Counted from the stretch's first letter, positions 27,618 to 39,281 are shown. The stretch is DNA of 61,038 nucleotides from a candidate division WWE3 bacterium (GCA_945897985.1 CAMDGN010000001.1:1-61038), one strand, 5' to 3'. Notes: generated by a model not told the origin, from the sequence alone. A program made the numbers and translations.

Positions 27618-28592
27618 TCAATGCTTTAGCTCATATTTTGAAGATTTAGTTTTACCAGTTTTAACAACTAGATCTAAATCCCCAAGAACTCTCAGATCTC
27701 TAAGAATTGAATCTTCGGATATATCTGGAAATAATAGTGAAAATTGGGAGTTTTGGATAAATTTATAGTCAAGTAGGTACTGATAAATTCTTTGTTGTCT
27801 TAGCGTAAGCTTTTCTGCATTTGGAATGCTTTGTTGCTTAGATTGTTTTTCAAGAAGTTCGTATTTTTCTTTTAATATTTGTATCTGAAATAAAATGTTC
27901 TCAAGATAAAAATCCAGCCACTCGGTGTAATCCTCAGTTTTTTTAATGTATTCAATCGCGTCGTTGAATTTAAATCTTTGAAGATTGAAGTTTTCTTGAT
28001 AGGGTATTATCTCAACAATGTCAAAATTATTTGAAATTAGAAACATTTCTGAAATTAAATTTGAAGTAAGGGATGAAAGTTTTTCATAAGGGTGTGCAAT
28101 TTCTAATTCAGCTAGAAGTATTCCTGAGACAATTAGCGGGTGGGTATTTTTTGCATCATCTGAATTCAACCACTCAGTTATTAGAGAGATTTTGGCCAGA
28201 ATTTCTTCAGGTAGAAGTTTATTTGGAATTTTCTTAACTCTAAAGGCTACATCGTTATCAGTAATTTTTTCGCTAAGGTTTTTGAATTTTTTATCCCACC
28301 CTAATTTCATCTTAGATAATTGGTCCAGGTTGCTTACAACTTCAATTATTTTTAAAATCTCATCGTCAAGATGGGGTGAAATGGAGTCAAAATGTTTTTT
28401 TATATCGGTCAGATTAACATCGTAATCTTCTAAGAGCAGTAGGTTATAAACCTTCTTTTCTTTCGATTCTTTTTTAAGTGAATTTCTAGAGAAAGGTAGT
28501 ACAAAAGTGTTTTCAATATAGCCTCGGGACCTTTCAATTTCTGAGATATTTTTTAAAATTCTATTGGTGATCGTATAATCAGGAAGTAGCAT
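27618..28592 (-). CDS. Fic-fold-like protein with degenerate active site plus C-terminal winged helix
   Basis: THPLIVSGILLAELEIAHPYEKLSSLTS aligns to the Fic HPFxxGNGR region but lacks GNGR. The C-terminus (…ILRDLRVLGDLDLVVKTGKTKSSKYEL) looks like a wHTH. Confidence 0.4.
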   Translation of the reverse strand: MLLPDYTITNRILKNISEIERSRGYIENTFVLPFSRNSLKKESKEKKVYNLLLLEDYDVNLTDIKKHFDSISPHLDDEILKIIEVVSNLDQLSKMKLGWDKKFKNLSEKITDNDVAFRVKKIPNKLLPEEILAKISLITEWLNSDDAKNTHPLIVSGILLAELEIAHPYEKLSSLTSNLISEMFLISNNFDIVEIIPYQENFNLQRFKFNDAIEYIKKTEDYTEWLDFYLENILFQIQILKEKYELLEKQSKQQSIPNAEKLTLRQQRIYQYLLDYKFIQNSQFSLLFPDISEDSILRDLRVLGDLDLVVKTGKTKSSKYELKH

Positions 28593-28652
28593 TTTATTAT
28601 TATAAATTATTTTCGCACATTTAACGCAAAATTACTAAAAAATACTGTTAAT

Positions 28653-29729
28653 TCAATCTAAAAGCAGTGTTTCAATATCTACTATTTTACAGTTAAAGTC
28701 TTCTATCTCAGCTATTTTAAAGACAGAAGTAATAATAGTTTGTTGTTCTTTGATTATTTTTAAAATTGCTTTTTTATGTTTCTCATCTAATTCTGAAAAT
28801 ATATCGTCTAATAGAAGAATTGGTTTCTCACCTGTTTTTTTATATATAAAATCAAGCTCGAGTATTTTTAAAGCAGTAAGTGCCATTCTTTGTTGACCTC
28901 TAGAGCCGAATTGGGAAATATCTTTTTTATTCATTTGAATCTCAAAGTCATCTTTATGTGGTCCAATTAGCGTAGTTCCCAACATTAATTCTTTTTGAGA
29001 ATAAACCTCGAAATTTTCCTTTGATATTTCATTTTTAATATAAATAAACTTAATCTCGAAGTTGTTAAGTTCGAATTTCTCGTTAAGGGAAAATATATTC
29101 TCATTTAGAAAAGAAAATAATTCATTTCTTTCGTGCTGGATTTTTGAACCTTCTTTGATTAAGAAGTTGGTCCAAAAATCTAGTTGCTCCTTACCTCGAC
29201 CTGTTTCTTTGATTATTTCTAACAATTTATTTCTTTGTTTTAAAGCTTTAGTGTATTCAAGAACCGACTTTTTATATGAATGTGATATTTGGTAAAAAAT
29301 TGAATCTAGGTATTTTCTTCTTGAAGATGGAGATGAGAAAATTAAATCTAGATCGGCTGGTGTGAAGATGACTGATTTTAAAATTCCACTGAAATTAGAA
29401 ATACTTTTTGCTACTTGATTGATTTTTACTTTTTTTGATGACTTGTTGTTAAAATCGTTTGTTTTTTCAATCGTTAATTCCAGGTTATACCTATCTTCTG
29501 TATTCTCAATCTCAGATTTAATTCTTAAAAAAATTTGATCATAACAAATTAAGTCTTTATCGTATTCGCTTCTGAGTGATTTTGTAGTTGAAAGCAAGTG
29601 AATTGCTTCTAAAATATTGGTTTTTCCAAGACCATTTTCTCCGTAGATAAAGGTTAGATTATCATCAAAATTTATATTTAATGTTTTGTGGTTTCTAAAG
29701 TTTTGAAGGTATAAATTTTTAATTAACAT
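28653..29729 (-). CDS. recF: DNA replication/repair protein RecF
   Basis: Walker A GENGLGKTNILEA, signature GSRGQQR, Walker B ILLLDDIFSELD. Confidence 0.85.
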   Translation of the reverse strand: MLIKNLYLQNFRNHKTLNINFDDNLTFIYGENGLGKTNILEAIHLLSTTKSLRSEYDKDLICYDQIFLRIKSEIENTEDRYNLELTIEKTNDFNNKSSKKVKINQVAKSISNFSGILKSVIFTPADLDLIFSSPSSRRKYLDSIFYQISHSYKKSVLEYTKALKQRNKLLEIIKETGRGKEQLDFWTNFLIKEGSKIQHERNELFSFLNENIFSLNEKFELNNFEIKFIYIKNEISKENFEVYSQKELMLGTTLIGPHKDDFEIQMNKKDISQFGSRGQQRMALTALKILELDFIYKKTGEKPILLLDDIFSELDEKHKKAILKIIKEQQTIITSVFKIAEIEDFNCKIVDIETLLLD

Positions 29730-29756
29730 TAAGGGATATTATAGCCGGATAATATT

Positions 29757-31325
29757 CTATTCAATGTCAAACTCAGTAGTGCACTTCGAACTTATTTTTG
29801 AGTATCTGTCGTCGGAGTTAATAAACGTTGCTCTAACCTGGACTTTTTGAGGTCTGGATCCCGTTGAAAGGTCGACCCTGTTGAAGTCTTCATAAGAAAC
29901 TAGTATTGATTTAGTGTCGGTTTTAGAAGTTGCTTTGCTTATTACATAGGGGTCGGATTTAGTGAAGTAGATTGGGTTTGCATTAGCAATTCCGTTAATT
30001 TCTTTTTTAGATTTTAAGTTACTTAAGTTATAGAATTCAAAATCAAATCTTTCGATACTTTTGGATTTTGATGTCGCTTCAATTGTTAAGTATTGGGTCT
30101 TTTTTAAGGTGTAACTTCCATTACTATTTATGGTGCCACCGCTTAAGGAAATATCTTTACAATTATCTATTCCTGAATCTTTATCTAGCTCAAACTTTAC
30201 AGTGCAAGGTGCTATATTTTCAATCTTAGAGTTGGCTGTTGGTTTTATGTATACCAGAGCTTTAATTGATTCTGGGTATTTATTTTTGTTATTCAAGTCA
30301 GGTTGGTAAAAATCTTTCCAATCTAGTTCTAAATTAAAAGTGTTGGCTCCTTTAGCTTCTTTTGAAACAGAGAATGCTTGATTATTTCCACCTGATTTGT
30401 TGTATGAAATGAATTTATATTCTTTAATTCCGTTTACGTTATTGTAGTTGTCTAAATTTTGAAACCTAAATTCGTATGAGTAGGTTGCTGGCAGGTTTGA
30501 CTCTACAGACAGCTTTATTTTTTCTCCGTCTGAAAGTTCTTCGTTATTGATTTTAAAATATTTGCAGTAAGAAGGTGTGTTATCAACTGTAAATTTTGCA
30601 AAGCAGTAGGCGGGTTGTAGATATTTTTTATCATTTTGATCGACTACTGACACCACCATTAGTACTTCGTTTGGTATTTTACTTTTATTATTTAAATCTT
30701 CTTGAAATAAATCTTCATGCAGAGCGCTTATATAGTCTTTATAAATCCCGTTTTGTTGGTTTGTAGCCGGACTGATACCAAACAATGTTTTTCCTTGTAC
30801 AAAAGAAATGGGTTTTAAAGTTGAGTAGTCGTTGTTTTCAAGAGAATAAAATTCATAAATAAAGTATTTAGGTTTTAAATCTGACGCTTGAACTGTAATG
30901 TCAAATCTTAACGGATTTGATGGCTTTAAAACAATTGTGTTGTCGACCGAAGACGCGCTCAAGTTTGTACATTTTGGAACATCGTTTGGAATTACTTTAG
31001 GTTTCTCAATTTGTTTTGCAAGCGGATCAATTCCTTGGCTTTGTAAGATATTTTGACAGAATGAGCTTTCAGGATTTACTTCAAGTGCATCACACTTTAT
31101 TTTGCATAAAGAATCTTTTGAATTATATTGATCGGGATTACAACATATTCTTTTTTTATTATCTAAAGTTTGGGAATCAAAAACTTCTTTACATTGGCCG
31201 CCTTGAAATGTGTAATAAGCTGAATAGATTGAAAAACCAAGGTATGAAAGTACGATTATAAAAAAGAGGTAAATAGCTGCAGATTTAATCTTGTGATGGT
31301 GAGTAATATGTATTTTTGGGTTCAT
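29757..31325 (-). CDS. membrane-anchored extracellular protein with three tandem ~130-aa Cys-bracketed repeats
   Basis: N-terminal TM segment and a Cys-rich stalk. Repeats start at CTNLSAS / CKYFKIN / CKDISLS and end at CFAKFTVD / CTVKFELD / CTTEFDIE. Confidence 0.6.
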   Translation of the reverse strand: MNPKIHITHHHKIKSAAIYLFFIIVLSYLGFSIYSAYYTFQGGQCKEVFDSQTLDNKKRICCNPDQYNSKDSLCKIKCDALEVNPESSFCQNILQSQGIDPLAKQIEKPKVIPNDVPKCTNLSASSVDNTIVLKPSNPLRFDITVQASDLKPKYFIYEFYSLENNDYSTLKPISFVQGKTLFGISPATNQQNGIYKDYISALHEDLFQEDLNNKSKIPNEVLMVVSVVDQNDKKYLQPAYCFAKFTVDNTPSYCKYFKINNEELSDGEKIKLSVESNLPATYSYEFRFQNLDNYNNVNGIKEYKFISYNKSGGNNQAFSVSKEAKGANTFNLELDWKDFYQPDLNNKNKYPESIKALVYIKPTANSKIENIAPCTVKFELDKDSGIDNCKDISLSGGTINSNGSYTLKKTQYLTIEATSKSKSIERFDFEFYNLSNLKSKKEINGIANANPIYFTKSDPYVISKATSKTDTKSILVSYEDFNRVDLSTGSRPQKVQVRATFINSDDRYSKISSKCTTEFDIE

Positions 31326-31341
31326 GGCAGTGTTAAAAATA

Positions 31342-32157
31342 TTATATATTATTTGGCTGGCAATGGGGACAGTAATAAGAAGATCTTCCTTTGATTTTTA
31401 TTTTAACAATCGGTGTTTCACAGTCGGTGCAACTCGTTCTCTCGTAAATTAAAAAATGATCTTGATACGTTCCATATTTTCCGTATATATCGGAATACAT
31501 CTTATCCTTTAAACTTGAACCCCCGTTTTTAATTCCTCTTTCCAGAACAATTTTTGCACTGGAGATTATATTTTTAATTTGATCGATTGATAGATCTTTT
31601 GCTTTAATTAGTGGATTAACTTTGGAGTGAAATAGGGTGTCGTTGGCATAAATGTTGCCTAACCCTGAAACTAGAGTCTGATCTAGCAGTATATTCTTAA
31701 TTTCTGAGTTTTTTTTCTGAATTTTATGCGCAGTTTTCTCGATTTTTTCTATCGATTCTAGCAGTGGTTCGTAACCTGTGTTAATTGAGATATTTTTTTG
31801 AATTTTTACTTTGCCAAATTTTCGGGTGTCTGTAAAATTTATAAAAAATTTCTCGTTACGGGAATTTATAAATTCCAACCTTAACTTATCCCAACCAAAC
31901 ATCTCTTTTTCCTTTGAAAACCTGATTCTTCCTGTCATCCCTAAATGAATTTGCAAAGTTAGGTTTTGAAAGTGTATCAGAATATATTTAGAAATTCTAT
32001 CTACATCTTTTATTTTTTCATTTTTAAGTAATTGAAATTCCTCAGAAGTTGGGATACTTCTATAGACTTCAAGTATTTCAGTATTGATAAGTGTTGAACC
32101 TGGAAGGATTTCTTTTAGATCTCTCGTAATGGTAAAAACTTCTGGAAGCTCCGGCAT
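31342..32157 (-). CDS. mutM: formamidopyrimidine-DNA glycosylase
   Basis: MPELPEV N-terminus, H2TH region, and C-terminal zinc finger CTDC...CPHC. Confidence 0.9.
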   Translation of the reverse strand: MPELPEVFTITRDLKEILPGSTLINTEILEVYRSIPTSEEFQLLKNEKIKDVDRISKYILIHFQNLTLQIHLGMTGRIRFSKEKEMFGWDKLRLEFINSRNEKFFINFTDTRKFGKVKIQKNISINTGYEPLLESIEKIEKTAHKIQKKNSEIKNILLDQTLVSGLGNIYANDTLFHSKVNPLIKAKDLSIDQIKNIISSAKIVLERGIKNGGSSLKDKMYSDIYGKYGTYQDHFLIYERTSCTDCETPIVKIKIKGRSSYYCPHCQPNNI

Positions 32158-33284
32158 TAATTATTTTTTTCAGAGAAGCTATTCCATTTATCTTCAATAA
32201 AATCGCTCAAATTTTTTATGAAGTATTTTTCATTAAATTTTTGAGCTCTTTCTGAAATCTCCTTCCTATCAAAAAAATTTTCGTTAATTTTTTTATCAAA
32301 TTCAAGGAATTTATTTGTAAGAGAGTCTAAATCGATCTCATCAAAAAATAGACCATCTTTGTTTTCTAAAATAGTTTCAAGAGGCCCTCCTGATCTGTGA
32401 GCAAGTACTGGAATTCCGTGCGAAAGTGCCTCCACTGGTGCAATTCCGAAGTCTTCCTCTTTTACAGGAAATAAGTATCCTTTTGCATGAGAAAGAACTT
32501 CATGTAACTCCTCATTTAAAACTTTACCTAAGAATTTAATATTCTTTTTGGCAAGATTTTTAAGATTTTTTTCTTCGATTCCTGTGCCAATTACAACTAA
32601 TTTTTTCTCAATGTTGTTAAATAGCTCAACAACTAAGTCAAAATTTTTGTATGAAGAAAGTCTTCCAGAAATTACGTAATAATTTCTAATGTCGTTTGCT
32701 TCATTAAACTTGGAAGTTTCAACTGGCGGATAGATCACAATCGATTCTCTTTTATAGAACTTTTTGATTCTTTTTTGAACTTCTTTTGAGTTTGCAATTA
32801 AGAAATCAGGTCTCTTGGCTGCAGAAAAATCCCAGATCCTTAAATAGAAATCTAAATAGGCAAAAAGAGGCATTAATAAAATGTTTTTTCTTAAAGTACT
32901 TTCAGTTGAATATTTGTATAAAAATCTTGGTGGAGTATGTACATAAGAAATGTGTAGCTGATCCGAATTTGTTATTACAGATTTAGCCCAAGCGGTTCCA
33001 TCTGAAATTATTAAATCATAGTTTGATAAATCGAAATCTTCAAATCTACTAGCCATTAAAAATGTAAATAATTTTGGAAATCTTTTCAAAACAAAATTCA
33101 TAGCAGGAGTTTTAATATTTCTGGTTTCAAATTTTTTTGGAAGTTTTGATAGATCTAATATTCCGGTATAAATTGGTGCCTCTGGAAAGAGTTCCATTAT
33201 TTTTTCGAGGGTTTTTTCAGCCCCTCCGTATTGATTTAAGTAATCGTGAACTAAGGCAACTCTTGGGTTTTTATTTAATTTCAT
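32157..33284 (-). CDS. GT4-family (GT-B) glycosyltransferase
   Basis: 375 aa. C-terminal EDFGIAPVEALSHGIPVLA is the E-x7-E glycosyltransferase group 1 motif region. Confidence 0.85.
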   Translation of the reverse strand: MKLNKNPRVALVHDYLNQYGGAEKTLEKIMELFPEAPIYTGILDLSKLPKKFETRNIKTPAMNFVLKRFPKLFTFLMASRFEDFDLSNYDLIISDGTAWAKSVITNSDQLHISYVHTPPRFLYKYSTESTLRKNILLMPLFAYLDFYLRIWDFSAAKRPDFLIANSKEVQKRIKKFYKRESIVIYPPVETSKFNEANDIRNYYVISGRLSSYKNFDLVVELFNNIEKKLVVIGTGIEEKNLKNLAKKNIKFLGKVLNEELHEVLSHAKGYLFPVKEEDFGIAPVEALSHGIPVLAHRSGGPLETILENKDGLFFDEIDLDSLTNKFLEFDKKINENFFDRKEISERAQKFNEKYFIKNLSDFIEDKWNSFSEKNN

Positions 33285-33325
33285 AAATGAATTATAACAA
33301 CCATTAAGATATACTTTTAGTATAT

Positions 33326-33823
33326 ATGGAGATGATCAAAAGAAACTCACCTTTGTGGGAATATTTAACACCTGAGATGAGGCAATTGGCTGTCGAAGGG
33401 GAAAGACTTCTAAGCACTTGCAGTCTCCAAGGCGAAGTGGATATAGTTGATTTTTCCTATTTAGTTTTTCCTTGGGGAAAGCTTTATGAGGGATTTTTGA
33501 AAAAGATGTTTCTGGATTTACAATTTATTACACCTGAGGATTACTACGGCAACGAAATTAGAGTTGGAAAATTGCTTTCTTCTGGTTTTGGTACCAAGCC
33601 TCCGCATAGGCTTTCTATTGTCAAAGAGCTAAGTTCTGCTAAAGTCTTTGGGGAAAATTTAACCAAAGTCATGAAAGCTGTATGGAAGAACTCAAGAAAC
33701 ATGATTTTTCACTTTTTCCCAAATAATATTTATAGTATTGATTTGCCAAATGCCAAGAAGCGAATCGAGGACACTGTTAAATGTATGGAATTAGTAGTGA
33801 ACAGATATAACTCAATAAAATGA
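33326..33823 (+). CDS. HEPN-like (RnlA/LsoA-toxin-domain-like) protein
   Basis: 165 aa, all-helical in appearance. Rx4H motif RNMIFH near the C-terminus plus upstream YEGFLKK. Its stop overlaps the mnmA start (ATGA). Confidence 0.4.
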   Translation: MEMIKRNSPLWEYLTPEMRQLAVEGERLLSTCSLQGEVDIVDFSYLVFPWGKLYEGFLKKMFLDLQFITPEDYYGNEIRVGKLLSSGFGTKPPHRLSIVKELSSAKVFGENLTKVMKAVWKNSRNMIFHFFPNNIYSIDLPNAKKRIEDTVKCMELVVNRYNSIK

Positions 33824-34860
33824 AAAAAATCGCTGTTGGACTAAGCGGGGGTGTTGACTCCTCTGTAGTTTTATTATTGCTTAAAGAGCAAGGTTACCAA
33901 GTCACAGGAGTTCATATGCAGTGTTGGGATTACAATGAAGAAGGTTGTAGCGGTGAGCAGGATAAAGCTGATGCTGTCTCAATTTGTGCTCAACTTGGTG
34001 TGCCATTTAAATTTTTAGATTTCCAAAAAGAATACCAAGATAAAGTAATTCAAAATTTTTACGACGAATACAGTGCTGGTAGAACCCCTAATCCTGACGT
34101 TTTGTGTAATAAAGAGATTAAATTTGGAATGTTTCTTGAATGGGCATTAAAAAACGGGTTTGATTCCATCGCCACAGGTCACTATGCCAAGGTTGAGACA
34201 ACTGATGTACCAAGACTATTTATCCCAAAAGACAGATCGAAAGATCAAACCTATTTCTTATATAGAATCAACTCAAGTCAACTTTCGAACATTATGTTCC
34301 CCTTAGGAGATTTACTAAAAGATGAGGTTAAAGAAATTGCTTTTCAAAATAACCTAAAGAATTTCAATAAACCTGAAAGTATGGGTATTTGTTTTATCGG
34401 TAAAGTTAATGTCAGAGATTTTCTCAAGAGGAGAATTGACGAAAAACCAGGAAATGTTTTGAATTTTAAAAGTGAGGTAATCGGAAAACATCGGGGCGTA
34501 CCTTTTTACACCATTGGTCAAAGACACGGCTTTGAGATTTTTAAATATACCGGTACCCCTCTATATGTTATTTCAAAAAACGCTGGGACTAACGAGTTAG
34601 TTGTCGGAACAGATGAAGAAGCTAAAAGAAACTCTTTTGATGTTTCGGAAATTACATTTATAACCGAGCAGTTAGAGGGAAAAAATGAACTAAACGTTCG
34701 AATCAGGCATTTAGGTGAACTACATAAGGCCAAAGTTACATTTGATAACCTTGCAGCCAAAGTTCAATTAAAAGATTTTGTTTTCGGAATTGCCCCAGGA
34801 CAGTCTTGTGTTTTTTATTCTGATAATAATCAGGTTTTAGGTGGCGGAATTATTAATTAG
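33820..34860 (+). CDS. mnmA: tRNA 2-thiouridine(34) synthase MnmA
   Basis: PP-loop GLSGGVDSSV, catalytic Cys contexts (NPDVLCN, GICFIG), 346 aa. Confidence 0.9.
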   Translation: MKKIAVGLSGGVDSSVVLLLLKEQGYQVTGVHMQCWDYNEEGCSGEQDKADAVSICAQLGVPFKFLDFQKEYQDKVIQNFYDEYSAGRTPNPDVLCNKEIKFGMFLEWALKNGFDSIATGHYAKVETTDVPRLFIPKDRSKDQTYFLYRINSSQLSNIMFPLGDLLKDEVKEIAFQNNLKNFNKPESMGICFIGKVNVRDFLKRRIDEKPGNVLNFKSEVIGKHRGVPFYTIGQRHGFEIFKYTGTPLYVISKNAGTNELVVGTDEEAKRNSFDVSEITFITEQLEGKNELNVRIRHLGELHKAKVTFDNLAAKVQLKDFVFGIAPGQSCVFYSDNNQVLGGGIIN

Positions 34861-36790
34861 TTTTGAAATTACTTTTGGTAGATATTTTTTGAAAATTATT
34901 TTTCAAGACAAAATAATCCCCATTTAAATTTGATAAAGTGTTTAATGACTTAGAATAAGGGTCAAAAGTTGATTCTTGTTTTTCAAAAGTATTATTCTCA
35001 ATTTTCCAGATCGAGTAAATCTTTTCATCCGCATAGGAATCAAATCCATTAAATTTTAGTCGAACAATATTCTCAATACCTTGTGCTTCATTTAGAAAAT
35101 TACTGATTCCAAATTGATAGGAAGTATTTTCTTTGTATAAATAGTTTTTAAAATCAAATATAGGTGGTATTTTGTTGATAGTTAGGTTTGTGGGAACTGA
35201 GCTTATATTTAAATTATTTATAATTGAAATAGTTCCAACGTTAATCTGATTTGCTCGACTTAGATTTAATTGGTAGTTTAATTTTTCTGGTTTAATTTTC
35301 CATAAATAGGCACTTTGCGAACTCCAGGGATCTGTAAAGCTTCCAAACCATCCAAAAGGATCTACTTTATTATTCAAGATTTTACTACCCTTATAAGTTG
35401 TGAAATGGAGATGGGGGCCGTTAGTATTCCCACTCATTCCCACTTTTCCAATCTTTTGATTCTTAATTACGGTTGTTTTTGACTTGGTTACAAGGTCTTC
35501 ACTCGAAAGATGCCCATATAAAGTTATATATCCGTTTGGATGGGAAATCATAATTGTATTTCCAAGACCACCCTCTTGATAGAAATACGAAGCTTCCCCT
35601 GATTCAACAGCATAGATTGGAGCGTTCAAAGGAAGTCCGAAGTCAATTCCGTCGTGAGATGAGTAATAGAGATATGGTTCGGGTAATTCCTTACCAAGGA
35701 AATTCAGTGTAGTTTTTGAAAATTCAGTCTCCTCAATCAGGTTTCCTAGGTAAGGAAATCTATGATCAAAGTAGGAGGTAATTTTGTCGTAAAGATCATT
35801 TGAGTTTTTAAAATTAAAGGGAACTTCAAAGATTTTAGGTTCATTAAAATCAAATACTAATTTACCTTTAAAAGAGCCGTAGTAGTTGAAGTTAAAATAC
35901 AGTGTTAAATCTTTTTCACCGATAGCTTCTATATTTCTAACTTGATAGACCGAAGGAACTGTAGTAGTTGACTTGTAGAAGTTAACTCCATTATCGTTTG
36001 AAAACCAGAAGGTTGTGGTACTGGTATTTGTTTCTGCAACAAAGAAGAAGTTTTTATATTTTTTAAAAAATGTTACTTGGTTGGGAAAATACCTCTCGTT
36101 AGTACTAATTCCAGTTTTAAAGTTATAGATTTGAAATCTATTTCCTGAGATTGAGTAGATTTTTTCATCGTCAACCTCAATGAAAGAGGGCCTAACTCCA
36201 TAGTAGATTTGAGTTTTTATGTTTGTTTGATAATCGAATTTGTATATGTTTCCACGACTTAAAACAAAAACATCGTTTGAGTTGGTTTTAATATCATCAA
36301 TGTGTGGCCCGTAATACCCATCTCCCAAAATTTGCGTCAGACCGGTTCCGTCTTTATTTACAACGTAACAGCCGTGTACAGTGCCTCCAACATAGACTTT
36401 ATTTTTAAATTGCGCAACTTTTCTGAGCGTGGCTTTAATACCAATGTTTGTATAAGATTTAAAATCCTTTGAGATTTTGAATAACCCCTGCTGCCCGTTG
36501 TAAGTATTAAAAGAGGTTGCGTAATAGTAATTTTCATCTTCAACCATATCGGTTATTTTTAAATTACCTAAAATTTTGGGTTGAAAATTAAGATTGCCCT
36601 CGGTATCGATATAAAGACCGTTAAACAGTGTCGAACCAGAGTTCTCGCCTAAAAGTATTCCGTTTTTTACAACTTTAATATTGTCAGCAATTATTTGGGC
36701 TCTCGGGGAGTCGTAAATTGTTAGCTCAGCTCTTGCTCTACCTATCAAGCAAAAAACAAATATAAATAAATAAGTCACCACTTTTATCAT
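34853..36790 (-). CDS. secreted M23-family peptidase with large N-terminal beta-rich (propeller-like) region
   Basis: Signal peptide. M23 motifs HDGIDF and GMSGNTNGPHLHF in the middle. 645 aa. Confidence 0.8.
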   Translation of the reverse strand: MIKVVTYLFIFVFCLIGRARAELTIYDSPRAQIIADNIKVVKNGILLGENSGSTLFNGLYIDTEGNLNFQPKILGNLKITDMVEDENYYYATSFNTYNGQQGLFKISKDFKSYTNIGIKATLRKVAQFKNKVYVGGTVHGCYVVNKDGTGLTQILGDGYYGPHIDDIKTNSNDVFVLSRGNIYKFDYQTNIKTQIYYGVRPSFIEVDDEKIYSISGNRFQIYNFKTGISTNERYFPNQVTFFKKYKNFFFVAETNTSTTTFWFSNDNGVNFYKSTTTVPSVYQVRNIEAIGEKDLTLYFNFNYYGSFKGKLVFDFNEPKIFEVPFNFKNSNDLYDKITSYFDHRFPYLGNLIEETEFSKTTLNFLGKELPEPYLYYSSHDGIDFGLPLNAPIYAVESGEASYFYQEGGLGNTIMISHPNGYITLYGHLSSEDLVTKSKTTVIKNQKIGKVGMSGNTNGPHLHFTTYKGSKILNNKVDPFGWFGSFTDPWSSQSAYLWKIKPEKLNYQLNLSRANQINVGTISIINNLNISSVPTNLTINKIPPIFDFKNYLYKENTSYQFGISNFLNEAQGIENIVRLKFNGFDSYADEKIYSIWKIENNTFEKQESTFDPYSKSLNTLSNLNGDYFVLKNNFQKISTKSNFKTN

Positions 36791-36926
36791 AAATTTTGTA
36801 CAATTATGACTAGAAAATTTAAATATTTTTGGTGATGCTTCTATTTAAAATAGAATATAAAACTTGCCTGTACTGGTGTATTGATTTTACTATTTATTAC
36901 TATAAAATAGGGTCTATTGAACCTTG

Positions 36927-37012
36927 ATAATTGAATATTTGATGAGGAAAATTAATTACCCAATAATTATTTTTCTATAAGGTTAAAGTTTTAAGCAGAC
37001 AAAAGAATTGTT
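36927..37012 (+). other. 5' halves of two long-range 16S processing stems
   Basis: 36927-36945 is perfectly complementary (19 bp) to 38742-38760. 36997-37012 is perfectly complementary (16 bp) to 38712-38727. Confidence 0.7.
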
Positions 37013-37014
37013 TC

Positions 37015-38450
<1,436 letters not shown>

Positions 38451-38711
38451 AGGGAGTAATGGATGCTTTGACAACAGACTCTTTATTGAGCTGCATTTGG
38501 AAACACTTGCAAGAGCTCAGGTTAATCTTTGATTAACTCGATTAAAATCTTATATTCTCTATCGATGATAGAGTTTCCCTACTATTTTATTCGTTAAAAC
38601 CTGTTGAAAACGAGCATGCTTTGTATCAATTGACTTGTAAATACAGAGTAAAACCATCAATCTCACGATGGTAAAAGTTGGTTATACAGATGAGCCTAAA
38701 TCTGTAAGACG

Positions 38712-38760
38712 AACAATTCTTTTGTCTATTTAGAGCTTTAATCATCAAATATTCAATTAT
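38712..38760 (+). other. 3' halves of the 16S processing stems
   Basis: See 36927-37012. They lie about 260 nt past the mature 16S 3' end. Confidence 0.7.
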
Positions 38761-38869
38761 TTAGGTTTAATCACCAAATAATCCCAAAACATTGAAAATA
38801 AATTACACAAACTAAATTTCTTAGTTAGATAATTTTAATTAAGTTGTTACTATTGTGGAAATTTTTTAA

Positions 38870-38946
<77 letters not shown>

Positions 38947-38964
38947 AAGTATTTCAATTAGACG

Positions 38965-38973
38965 ATTTTATCA
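38965..38973 (-). promoter_or_regulatory. extended -10-like element TGATAAAAT upstream of the inverted tRNA-Ile
   Basis: Minus-strand TGnTAAAAT, about 18 nt before the tRNA 5' end. No good -35. Confidence 0.3.
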
Positions 38974-39050
38974 TAAAAAGAATCAGATTTTGAGAAATAT
39001 ATTTATTTTAAATAACTATTATAATTTTTGAATATCTGAAAGGAGAAGAT

Positions 39051-39281
39051 ATGCCTAAAGAGGTTATTGTTTGCCAATGCCCTTGTGGTTGTGGTCGAGT
39101 TACTCGCGAGACTCACAAAATCTGCCCTTTGTGTCGGGAAGGAAAGCACCCTCGTAATCCGTTGCTACCGCCAAAAAGCGCAATTACAACTCAATGTTGG
39201 GATTGTGACAATTTTATGGTATTTGATGTGAAAGCGAAGATGTTTAAATGTCCTGAAGGCTGCAGAAGGTATTGCGATTAA
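39051..39281 (+). CDS. 76-aa Cys-rich (double zinc-ribbon-like) orphan protein
   Basis: AAAGGAGAAGAT precedes the ATG. 11 Cys arranged CxCxCxC, CxxC, CxxC, CxxxCxxxC. GC-rich. Followed by a 15-bp-stem hairpin. Confidence 0.6.
   Translation: MPKEVIVCQCPCGCGRVTRETHKICPLCREGKHPRNPLLPPKSAITTQCWDCDNFMVFDVKAKMFKCPEGCRRYCD

Noticed and set aside
15037-28425. Numerous 60-115-aa antisense or overlapping ORFs: 15037..15342, 16120..16350, 18037..18381, 18500..18772, 19842..20123, 19957..20241, 20821..21156, 21237..21494, 22805..22993, 26853..27074, 27022..27357 and 28192..28425.
   Set aside because: Each is embedded antisense or out of frame in a strongly supported conserved gene. AT-rich genomes still give Leu/Ser/Phe/Ile-rich shadow frames.
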